Shown here piece by piece: positions 27,907-36,707 of a DNA stretch of 64,000 bases. Both the position numbers and the translations under genes were made by a program. The stretch covers positions 480,001 to 544,000 of the forward strand of contig JBPOGI010000002.1 in NCBI GenBank assembly GCA_051251855.1, given 5' to 3'. Source of the DNA: Roseibacillus sp. (lineage in GTDB: Bacteria; Verrucomicrobiota; Verrucomicrobiia; Verrucomicrobiales; Akkermansiaceae). Within the stretch, counting starts at the first letter, position 1, and the number at the start of each line of letters is the position of its first letter. The notes under the pieces were generated by a model that was not told where the DNA came from, did not search any database, and saw nothing but the letters and a program-made list of their open reading frames with translations.

Positions 27907-30582
27907 ATGACAAAAAACCTACTCATCGCGGGCTTCACGGCCCTCACGATCGGTGCCGCGAATGCACAGACCAACATTATCGGGGACGATCCCGGCACAG
28001 GTGCCGCCCTTACTGAGACGGCCGGGACAACCGGAATTGGAAACGGAGACTTTCAGGCTTTGGTTTCAGGCACGGCCGCAACCTTCGATAACTCGGTCGA
28101 TTGGTTTAATGCGAGCGGTGATGAAACGGCGACTTTTACTTCGACCTCTTTATTGGGAGGGGCTCGTCCCCCCAATGGCACCCGAGGCGCGATAACAAGT
28201 CGAGATGTCAAGCAGGTCAATAGCACCGGCTATACCGTGACGGCGGTGGGAGAAATTTTTTCCTTAACGTATGACTTTGGTGCGGGTGGGAACTCCTCAA
28301 ATTGGGATGCGTCTACGATTCACCGCACCTTTCTCTTTACCTCAACTGCAGCAGTCGATGGCGCTTTCGATTGGGCGACTCAAGGGACTTTGGTAACGGA
28401 GAATTTGTTTGAAGCGAATCGGACCTCACCTGTGCACGGGCAGTGGTGGACGCCGGTGGTCTTCGATGGCTTTTACGTGACGACTGCAGCAGATGTGGGG
28501 AACACCCTCTACTTTGGAATGGAGTTTGTAGATGCCGATAATGCCAATAACGGAGGGAGTGGCCGGGTGGACTTGATTCATCTGTCGGTGGCGGCACCCA
28601 TCTCGGCTCCCACGCTCACGGTTGTTACTCAGCCTGCTGATATTGTCCTGCTGAATTCGGAGACCTCGGGGACGAGTGACTTTACGATTCGGAATGATTC
28701 CGCAGCGAGCACTTTGACGGTAAACTCTTATAGCGGGCTCACGGGTGGATTCAGTGTCACCAGTCCGGCTGTTCCCTTCAGTGTAGCGCCTGGTGCGACT
28801 CAGGTGATCACGGTTCAGTGGGATAGCGCGGTGGCTGCACCTGAGGTTTCTGAGACCTCGACATTAACCCTGAATAGCAACGATACCGCGAACCCTGCCG
28901 TCGATGTTTCGGTGAGTGGAAGTTTTGAGAGTTTGATGAATGTCATCGTCCAGCCTGCAGACATTGTGGTGGCCAGTCCGGATACGACGGGAACTTCTAT
29001 CTTCGAGATTGAGAATAACTCCGACACGACGACTCTCACCTTGAGTTCGATTGGGATCACCGGAGGAACGGGATTTAGTATTACCTTTCCAACCATCCCG
29101 TTTGATCTTCTACCCGGAGAAACTCAGGAAATTGATGTCACTTGGGATAGTGCTGCCGCTGGAGCAGGCGCAGTGGAGAGCGCGACTTTGACTCTCAATA
29201 GCAATGATAAGTTGGTTCCTGCCACTGAGTTGCTCGTCAATGCGCAGATTGAAAATGTGATTAGTATTCTTTCTGAACCTGAAGCCATTCCGGTTGTGAG
29301 TCCGGCGACCACGGGGACTCGTGACTTTACGATTCACAATCAATCGGACAGTTCGACTTTGACGGTCAATTCCTTCTCTGGTCTCACTGGAACGGGTTTT
29401 TCGGTCACCCCTACAGCGCCCTTCAATGTGGCTGCGGGTGCAGATCAGATCATCACTGTAGAGTGGGATAGCGCCTCGGCTGCGACGACGAATTTGGAGT
29501 CAGCAGTCCTGACGATCAACAGCAGTGATGCCGCCAGCCCTGCGGTTGATGTCCCTGTCGATGCCGGTTTTGCTGACTTTTATAGTTCTGCTCTTTCGAA
29601 CGGAGACTTCGAGACTGCCGGAACGGACCTCGCTCCTACTTGGACTGATGCGTTTGCCGATTGGGTAGAAGTGACGAATGGATTCGGAGACCCGATGGAT
29701 GTGCAGGCCGGTGGTCCACTCGTGACTGGGGTGGGAACGACTTCGGCTTATCTCTTGGGAGTGGTCAAGGGAGTTACCGCACGGGGTTCCATCATCGAAA
29801 ATGATGTGGTCAGTTCGCTCTCGAACTTCGAGATAGCTGCTGACTTTGCCATTAGCGGAACGGGAAATTTTAATCGTCGTCTCAATGTCATCATCAGTTC
29901 TCTGGGGGGAGGTGAGAACGTCAACATTCGGTACCAGAATGGCATCTTTCAGGTGCGTGACCTTTCGCCCTCGGGTTGGAGCACAATTATTGAGCAATCC
30001 GAAATCTTTGGAGGTGCAGGTCTTGAGTCGTCAGTTGATGACGATGAAGATGGCAGTCTGGATGGAGTGAACGACCTTAAGGTGATCTACAAGCTCAAGC
30101 TGACCGGGAGCGGATGGGGGACATCCAATCCTTACATGGTCTTGGATATTCTGGATGATACTGGAACACTCATTGCAAGCTCTGGGCAGTTTAAGCATTG
30201 GTTCCAAGATAATGCTCCTGCCGAGATTGATGACAAGTTGGACCGAGTTCAGTTGAGTGCAGCGTTTAGTAGTGCTCCTTCTTCTTGGTACGACAATGTG
30301 GTGGTCAGTGGATTTGAGATCAATCCTCCTGTCGCGCCAGCGGGCGATATCGAAATCACTGCCTGCTCCTTCGATCCTGTTACTGGTGCAGGTTCTATTA
30401 CCTTCACTTCGGTGGACGCGGTGAACTATGAGGTGCGTGCCTCGAGTGACTTAGAGGCAGATTTGTTCAGCTCCAACTTGGTGACCTCTGGACCTGGCAC
30501 TGGCACCTCGACGACGTTGACCTTCACCGATGTCCCACCAAACGGACAGACCCAGCGCTTCTACCGTGTTGAGCAACCCTAG
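27907..30582 (+). CDS. Large secreted protein with three choice-of-anchor D-like Ig repeats and a C-terminal FYR domain
   Basis: Signal peptide; three repeats of P.(D/A)I....F.I.N.S...TLT.....G.GFS.T....PF....G..Q.I.V.WDSA......LT.NS.D; ends YEVRASSDL...QRFYRVEQP. Confidence 0.8.
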   Translation: MTKNLLIAGFTALTIGAANAQTNIIGDDPGTGAALTETAGTTGIGNGDFQALVSGTAATFDNSVDWFNASGDETATFTSTSLLGGARPPNGTRGAITSRDVKQVNSTGYTVTAVGEIFSLTYDFGAGGNSSNWDASTIHRTFLFTSTAAVDGAFDWATQGTLVTENLFEANRTSPVHGQWWTPVVFDGFYVTTAADVGNTLYFGMEFVDADNANNGGSGRVDLIHLSVAAPISAPTLTVVTQPADIVLLNSETSGTSDFTIRNDSAASTLTVNSYSGLTGGFSVTSPAVPFSVAPGATQVITVQWDSAVAAPEVSETSTLTLNSNDTANPAVDVSVSGSFESLMNVIVQPADIVVASPDTTGTSIFEIENNSDTTTLTLSSIGITGGTGFSITFPTIPFDLLPGETQEIDVTWDSAAAGAGAVESATLTLNSNDKLVPATELLVNAQIENVISILSEPEAIPVVSPATTGTRDFTIHNQSDSSTLTVNSFSGLTGTGFSVTPTAPFNVAAGADQIITVEWDSASAATTNLESAVLTINSSDAASPAVDVPVDAGFADFYSSALSNGDFETAGTDLAPTWTDAFADWVEVTNGFGDPMDVQAGGPLVTGVGTTSAYLLGVVKGVTARGSIIENDVVSSLSNFEIAADFAISGTGNFNRRLNVIISSLGGGENVNIRYQNGIFQVRDLSPSGWSTIIEQSEIFGGAGLESSVDDDEDGSLDGVNDLKVIYKLKLTGSGWGTSNPYMVLDILDDTGTLIASSGQFKHWFQDNAPAEIDDKLDRVQLSAAFSSAPSSWYDNVVVSGFEINPPVAPAGDIEITACSFDPVTGAGSITFTSVDAVNYEVRASSDLEADLFSSNLVTSGPGTGTSTTLTFTDVPPNGQTQRFYRVEQP

Positions 30583-30715
30583 ACGATGAGATGCTCGATT
30601 CTTGAGTAGCGGTCATCTTTGTGAAAGAGCCCGCTATTCTTTTTTCGATTTTCCCCCTAACCTTACTTATTCGATTGTTAACATCCAGTAGCTCTTAGGA
30701 GCTTCTTCATTACCC

Positions 30716-33700
30716 ATGAGTTTTAAAAATATGACCTTGCTGATGGCTGCCATTGGCCTCTTTTCAGCACCTCTGCACGCCACGACCTTTTATGAAGATA
30801 GCTTCGCTGGGGCGACGATTTCTCCGGTTTGGAATACCATCACCGGGAGCCCTGTGACGCTTGATGACCCTAACGACCAGTTGGATTATGCGCACACAGC
30901 GGGAACCGTGAGGAGGTTTCTCAATTATAATTCAGGTTTCACGAACAAGACGGGATACCTGAAGGTTGCGATTTCGAACTTCTCTGGCTCGCCCTCAATT
31001 TGGGTGGGGTTTGTGGGGCCAAGTCCTGGTAATAATGCGAACTATGTCAGCACTATCATTACGGGGGCAGGGACCTATGAGCTCTTTTTCAATAATACCA
31101 CGGGAGCTTTGGCTTTTGACAACGGAGCGGGTTGGACAGGGACGCTTGCCTCAGGGACGGGTCTATGGAGCACTGATGGTGGAAGTTCGTCGTCAGCGCT
31201 GACTATCGGGGCAAATATCGCTCTGGACGGCAATGTCTTTGGATTCGGTTTTGCGAACTTCGGCAATGGTTCGGTCTTTCCCTCTTCTTCCTTTAGTGTC
31301 GATTCCATTCTCGTCGATGACTCCTTAGTGATTACGGCGCCCGGCAACACTGCGCCGACAGTTTCCATCAGCGCTCCCGCTGATGCCACCACTGTATCCT
31401 CTGGAACGAACGTGACCTTTAACGCCTCGGCGAATGATGCGGAAGAGGGAGAACTGAGTGCGAATATCACTTGGAATTCCAGTCTCGATGGAAGCTTGGG
31501 CAGTGGAGCGAGTGTGAGCTCCGCCAGCTTGTCTAACGGGGTGCATACGATTTCTGCAAGCGTCACCGATAGTGGTGCATTGAGTGGCTCAGATTCGATT
31601 ACGTTGACGATCTCGATCGCAGGGGATTCCCCAGTGGTGAACATTACCGCTCCTTCGAGTGGAACGACGGTAGGAGCGGGCAGCGCCATTAATTTCTCGG
31701 CGACGGCGACCGATACCGAAGATGGGAATCTAGGTGCGAGCGTGACCTGGAGCTCAAGTCTCGATGGGAGTTTGGGAACGGGGGCCAGCATTAGTACCAG
31801 CTCCTTGTCTGTGGGGACGCATACCATTACTGCGGCGGTGGCTGATAGTGATACGCTGACGGGGAGTGACGCCATTGCGGTGACGATTTCGGTCTCTGGC
31901 GCTCCTCCCGTGGTCACGATTACTGGTCCGGCGGATGCGACCACTTCATTGAAGGGAGCGAGCATTACCTTCACCGGAACAGCTGTTGATCCTGAGGAGG
32001 GAGATATCGCTTCGAGTCTGACTTGGTTCTCGAATGTAAATGGCGAGCTTGGCACGGGAGCGAGTCTCGATGTTTCTCGACTGTCCTTTGGAACTCATCT
32101 CATCACGGCGAAGGCGATTGATAGCGCAACGCTTTCCGATGAGGACTCCATCACCGTGACTATCTACGCGACTCCCGCAGCCGGCGCGCCTCGTCCTAAC
32201 GTCATCGTTATCATCTGTGATGATGCGGGCTATGCCGACTTCAGCTTTATGGACGGCTTGAGCGGAGAGACTTCTCAAGTGCCGACCCCAAACCTCGAAG
32301 CCTTGGCCGCTCGCGGGGTGACTTTTGCGAAAGCCTATGTCGCGGCCAATTGCCAACCGACGCGTGCGGCGATGATGACCGGGGCTTACCAGCAGCGAAT
32401 CGGTAACGAGAGTGTTGGGAATAACCACTTCTTGCGTTCTCAGGTTTTTGAAGGGATTCCGGTAGACCGAGAGACCATTTGGGATCGGATGAAGGCTCTG
32501 GGCTATCGTACGGGAGCGATTGGTAAGTGGCATTTGGGGCAGATCGAAGACTTGGCACCCACGGCCACGACCTTGGGTATGTTAGGGAATCGTCCTCAGA
32601 ACCAGGGCATTGATGAGTTCTATGGCTTTTGGCACGGCTCGCGGAACTATACGGTGGGAACCTACAATCAGAATGGTGTTAGCGACCCCAATCATGTGCT
32701 GCAGATTCGCTACCTTAGGGAGGCATTCATTCATCCCGATGGAAGTAAGAGCGATACCGTGGTGGAGTATGATAAGTTCGTCAATGTGCCGTCTGCTCCC
32801 AAGTATATGACCAATATTCTCGGTGATTATGCCGAGCAATTTGTGGCCGATCATTATGATGATCCGGAACCGTTCTTCCTCTACGTCTCTCATCCGGCGC
32901 CGCACAAGCCTTGGACCAATGAGTCGCCAGACTACAACGACCCCGCGATTACGGGTCTGACACCTAACAACCGTCGTCAGGTGGCCTCCATGATGATCAC
33001 GATGGATAAGGAGATTGGACAGCTGATGGACAAGCTGGAAGACCCCAATGGTGATGGCAATACCTCCGATAGTATCACTGATAATACTCTCGTCGTTTTC
33101 GTGAATGACAATGGGGGAGTTGCAGGAATGGAGAGCGGAGTGAACGGAACCGACAACGGAAAGTTGAGAGGCTTCAAAGGTTCGTCCTTTGATGGCGGGA
33201 TTCGGGTTCCGATGATTTTTGCAGGAGCGGGAGTTGACCCTGCTCAGGAAGGCTCCGTCTACCATCGCCCAGTGCATGGGATCGACATTCTGCCCACCGC
33301 GGTTGCGCTCGCAGGAGGGACTATCGATCCCGTGGCAGACGAGGTCGATGGCACGAACATTCTCCCATTCATCAATGGGGTGAGCGCGGGCGATCCGCAC
33401 GATGTCATCGTCCACAAGTGGCGGGGATCCTTCGCGGTGATTCGAGGAGATCATAAGCTGCAAAATAGTCGCAACGTGAATGCCGCCCCCCAGTTCTATG
33501 AGCTTTACCGTTCGACGAATGGCAGTGTCGATATCGACCCCGGCGAGACCAGCGATTTGATAGGGAACTCCGCGAACGATGCTCTCGTGGAGCAGCTGAA
33601 GCGTGACTTAACGAACCATGAGGCCTTCTTCGATAAGCCGCGGTATGCGATTCTTGCTAATACTTTGGAAACGGAGCCCATTAACATTTTTGACCATCAC

Positions 33701-34843
33701 GTCTTCCGTCCCGGGCTTAATAACGATTGGTCTGGGAATGCCGATGTTGCAGTCGATCCCGTCACTGGGACGAGAAACTGGTATGAAGCGGGAACCACAA
33801 CCGCGAGGTTCCTCTTCAACACCGATTCTTTTGCGGGAGCCATTCTCGAGTTTCCGGTTTTCAATGCCGACTACACCGCCAATAACGACTACCGCCGCAA
33901 GACGGGCATGGAGTATATGCTCAACAAGATGATCTTCAGCGGTGACTACGCGGAGACTGTGAATCACGAGGCCACTCTTCCGGGATTGCCCGTGATTTTC
34001 ACCAATGACTTAGATGGCATCGCCCCGACTTTGGCGGTTGAAGCGACCCAATCGGCGAGTGGGACCTTTTGCTTCAATCTCGATCTCGATGTCATCATGT
34101 ATCACGACCTCACCATCACCGGAGAGGGGGATTCGGTGCTCAAGATTGGGGGAGAGGTCTCGGAGTATTTCGAGAGCCGCGGCTTGAAGAAGGAAGGATC
34201 CTCGAACGCTGAAGTGAACGGCGCGCGTAGCTACTCAGGGGACACCACTTTGGATGGCGGTTCACTGACTTTGGGGCAGGCGAATCCGAATGACGAGGCT
34301 TCGGCCGTCTCGATTGCCGCAGGAGCGACGCTGAATCTGACTTACTCGGGCACAGACACGATTGATAAGTTGTTCATTGGTGGCGTTCAGCAAGCGGCTG
34401 GGGTCTATGAAGCGGTGGGTAACCCTGGAAGCGGGACTGAGCTTGCTCAGATTACGGGTTCAGGAACCTTAACGGTAGTGTCCGAACCCGTCGTCACCGG
34501 CTATCAGCTCTGGCAGGATCAGAATGCTTCTGGTGCACCTTTCACGGGTGACCACGACTCTGATAGTGTGCCGAATGGTATCGAATACTTCATGGGGGAG
34601 ACGGGGAACTCTTTCACTGTGATCCCTTGCTTGGATGCCTCAAGGAGTGTCCTTTGGCCCATCGGCGCTAACTACGTGGGGAGTTATGGCCCTGACTTTT
34701 TTCTGGAGACGTCTCCTGACCTGCAAGGTTGGAATCCCGTTGCCATTGGCGATGTCACCCTGATTCCGGGAGTTTCACTCGCTTACACCTTGCCGACGGT
34801 CTCGAACGCAAATTTTCTCAGGCTGGCGGTGAATCCCGATTGA
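30716..34843 (+). CDS. Modular secreted sulfatase (three Ig-like repeats + S1 sulfatase + beta-strand repeat + C-terminal FLR domain)
   Basis: RPNVIVIICDDAGY, TPNLEALA, CQPTRAAMMTG (CxPxR), IGKWHLG, NDNGG, LRGFKG..FDGGIRVP. Confidence 0.9.
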   Translation: MSFKNMTLLMAAIGLFSAPLHATTFYEDSFAGATISPVWNTITGSPVTLDDPNDQLDYAHTAGTVRRFLNYNSGFTNKTGYLKVAISNFSGSPSIWVGFVGPSPGNNANYVSTIITGAGTYELFFNNTTGALAFDNGAGWTGTLASGTGLWSTDGGSSSSALTIGANIALDGNVFGFGFANFGNGSVFPSSSFSVDSILVDDSLVITAPGNTAPTVSISAPADATTVSSGTNVTFNASANDAEEGELSANITWNSSLDGSLGSGASVSSASLSNGVHTISASVTDSGALSGSDSITLTISIAGDSPVVNITAPSSGTTVGAGSAINFSATATDTEDGNLGASVTWSSSLDGSLGTGASISTSSLSVGTHTITAAVADSDTLTGSDAIAVTISVSGAPPVVTITGPADATTSLKGASITFTGTAVDPEEGDIASSLTWFSNVNGELGTGASLDVSRLSFGTHLITAKAIDSATLSDEDSITVTIYATPAAGAPRPNVIVIICDDAGYADFSFMDGLSGETSQVPTPNLEALAARGVTFAKAYVAANCQPTRAAMMTGAYQQRIGNESVGNNHFLRSQVFEGIPVDRETIWDRMKALGYRTGAIGKWHLGQIEDLAPTATTLGMLGNRPQNQGIDEFYGFWHGSRNYTVGTYNQNGVSDPNHVLQIRYLREAFIHPDGSKSDTVVEYDKFVNVPSAPKYMTNILGDYAEQFVADHYDDPEPFFLYVSHPAPHKPWTNESPDYNDPAITGLTPNNRRQVASMMITMDKEIGQLMDKLEDPNGDGNTSDSITDNTLVVFVNDNGGVAGMESGVNGTDNGKLRGFKGSSFDGGIRVPMIFAGAGVDPAQEGSVYHRPVHGIDILPTAVALAGGTIDPVADEVDGTNILPFINGVSAGDPHDVIVHKWRGSFAVIRGDHKLQNSRNVNAAPQFYELYRSTNGSVDIDPGETSDLIGNSANDALVEQLKRDLTNHEAFFDKPRYAILANTLETEPINIFDHHVFRPGLNNDWSGNADVAVDPVTGTRNWYEAGTTTARFLFNTDSFAGAILEFPVFNADYTANNDYRRKTGMEYMLNKMIFSGDYAETVNHEATLPGLPVIFTNDLDGIAPTLAVEATQSASGTFCFNLDLDVIMYHDLTITGEGDSVLKIGGEVSEYFESRGLKKEGSSNAEVNGARSYSGDTTLDGGSLTLGQANPNDEASAVSIAAGATLNLTYSGTDTIDKLFIGGVQQAAGVYEAVGNPGSGTELAQITGSGTLTVVSEPVVTGYQLWQDQNASGAPFTGDHDSDSVPNGIEYFMGETGNSFTVIPCLDASRSVLWPIGANYVGSYGPDFFLETSPDLQGWNPVAIGDVTLIPGVSLAYTLPTVSNANFLRLAVNPD

Positions 34844-34879
34844 GATTCGAGCCGCCAGCGCTTTTAGAAATTTTCCCTA

Positions 34880-35620
34880 CTAGTGTTTTTCATCAGCAGT
34901 TGCGACGAAGGCCTCGTCTCTTAAGGCGAAGTTGTCCGCGTTGAAGCTATCAACGGGAGCATCGACGGTGCCGCCGTTGTTGACCCAGATGCCGAAGCCT
35001 TCCAGAAGAGTGCTTCCCTCCGAAGTTGCGAGAGACTGAATGAGGCGGACCCCATTGACCCAGACGTCGACTGCTTTGCTATCGAGGGAGGTGTCGCTAT
35101 ATTCCACCGTCGCATCAGTCATGTTGACCACAATATCGAAGTGAAGTGCGGTGTCCTTGGCGAGAGCTTGTCCAAGGATGAGATTACCGTTCTGGTTGAT
35201 GTCTACGTAGGCTAGGTTTTCTTTGTCGCCATTGAGGGTGACTCGGACCCAGCCATCCTTGCAGCCTTCAGATTCGGCATAGAAGTCGAATGAGAGAGTG
35301 GCAAGCGGAAGACCTTTCTGTTTGTTGTTCACAAAGGTCCAGGCATCTCCAAAGCCCTGCATTTGGAGCCACTTGTTGTCAGCTCCGAAGGGGGTTCCGG
35401 TATTGCGGACTTTATAAGAACCTGCGCCGGCACCTGACCAAGGACCTACTGGCTGAGTTGGTTCAGCGGGGGCGTCAGTGCCCTCGGGGTTGGCCGTTGC
35501 GGAAGGCTGCACCAGAGCTTGGGCGACCTCAAATTTTTCGAAATCCTCGGACCAGATGAGATCGGCGAAGGAGACTTGAGTGAGAGGAAGGGCAATAAGG
35601 ATCGGGAGTGTTTTTTTCAT
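34880..35620 (-). CDS. Secreted hypothetical protein (beta-sandwich-like)
   Basis: Signal peptide MKKTLPILIALPLTQVSFA; WSEDFE start and DNF end typical of jelly-roll modules. Confidence 0.7.
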   Translation of the reverse strand: MKKTLPILIALPLTQVSFADLIWSEDFEKFEVAQALVQPSATANPEGTDAPAEPTQPVGPWSGAGAGSYKVRNTGTPFGADNKWLQMQGFGDAWTFVNNKQKGLPLATLSFDFYAESEGCKDGWVRVTLNGDKENLAYVDINQNGNLILGQALAKDTALHFDIVVNMTDATVEYSDTSLDSKAVDVWVNGVRLIQSLATSEGSTLLEGFGIWVNNGGTVDAPVDSFNADNFALRDEAFVATADEKH

Positions 35621-35644
35621 GAGAGTTTGGTTGGCGTTAACAAG

Positions 35645-35673
35645 AAAAAAGCCGACCCGGCTGAGTCGGCTTT
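35645..35673 (-). terminator. Rho-independent terminator after the PEP-CTERM gene
   Basis: Minus strand AAAGCCGACTC-AGCC-GGGTCGGCTTTTTT. Confidence 0.8.
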
Positions 35674-35700
35674 GGAAAGTTGAGTTTGTCGAGAGAAGGC

Positions 35701-36465
35701 CTAGCGACGGCGGCGAGTCAAACCGAGAAGTCCGAGTCCGAGGAGAGCTACTGAGCTTGGCTCGGGGATAGGAGTCACTTCAAGAGTGACCAAATCGATA
35801 CGGGGAAAGGGGTTGTTGCCGGTAGGGTTTAGAAGTTCGATACCGAAGTAAATGGTCTCGCCAATGTCACCCGCTGTGGAGGTGTAGAGGCTGTTGGCAG
35901 TTTCGGTGCCTGCTACCAAACGGTCCAAGTCGAACGAGGCCGAGGCGAGTCTGGTGATATTGGCCAAGGCGGTGGTTCCATCAACGGCGGCAGGTGCGGT
36001 GAAGAGGAAGATAGTCACGGTCTCGTCGTCAAGGTTGCCGTTGCCGGGGGCATTGGTATCGGCATCACCATAACCAGCGGCACCACCAGTGGCTGCCAGA
36101 AAAAGGGAGGCGTCGAAAACCTCACCAGCCGCTCCAATGGTGTAGCCAGTGGTGTTTGCTGCTTCATTGCCGACGCTGAGGAAGGCGCCTTGCTTGGGGT
36201 CGTGTGCAGGGTCAGGGCTGAGGTTCAGTTGGTTTGCTGCACCAAAGCTGGTAGGGTTTTCACCCCCGCCGATATTTACCCAATTAGCGACGTTATCAAA
36301 AGGAGCAGTGTTGCCGCCGCCGTTGGGGTAGGCGGTCGTGGCTTGGAAATCGGCATTGCCTGTCGATCCCCCTAAAATAACAACTGCGGAGGCAGTTTGT
36401 GAGAGCGCAGCTAGCGTGATGAATAAACTTGGGACGACAAGTGGTCTGAGATTGTTCTTTTTCAT
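35701..36465 (-). CDS. PEP-CTERM sorting domain protein
   Basis: Start MKKNNLRPLV; ends IPEPSSVALLGLGLLGLTRRRR. Confidence 0.92.
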   Translation of the reverse strand: MKKNNLRPLVVPSLFITLAALSQTASAVVILGGSTGNADFQATTAYPNGGGNTAPFDNVANWVNIGGGENPTSFGAANQLNLSPDPAHDPKQGAFLSVGNEAANTTGYTIGAAGEVFDASLFLAATGGAAGYGDADTNAPGNGNLDDETVTIFLFTAPAAVDGTTALANITRLASASFDLDRLVAGTETANSLYTSTAGDIGETIYFGIELLNPTGNNPFPRIDLVTLEVTPIPEPSSVALLGLGLLGLTRRRR

Positions 36466-36511
36466 GGGTTGAGTGTTTTCAGCAGAGAAATGGGCCTCCA
36501 CTTTGGGTAAC

Positions 36512-36538
36512 ACTGCCCGAGGTGGAAAAATGTAACGG
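36512..36538 (-). promoter_or_regulatory. Putative ECF promoter motif, copy C
   Basis: Minus strand CCGTTAC-ATTTTTCC-N7-GCAGT. Confidence 0.55.
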
Positions 36539-36707
36539 GGTAGTTCCTAAAAAATCGTTTTTCTGCTCTCATCGGCGACTTTTCCGCCTTTTTGATGGCA
36601 AAAGAGAGTGAGAGAACTCTTCTACGAACTTTTTCAAGGCCAGCTGAAAAAGCCCCTGAATTCTCCGTGAAGAATGACGGCACAGCGAGCCGCTGTTCCC
36701 TGCTGGT

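Noticed and set aside
34880..35620. Possible homology between this secreted protein and the N-terminal domain of the large sulfatase
   Set aside because: The resemblance is only a vague pattern and cannot be supported without an alignment statistic.
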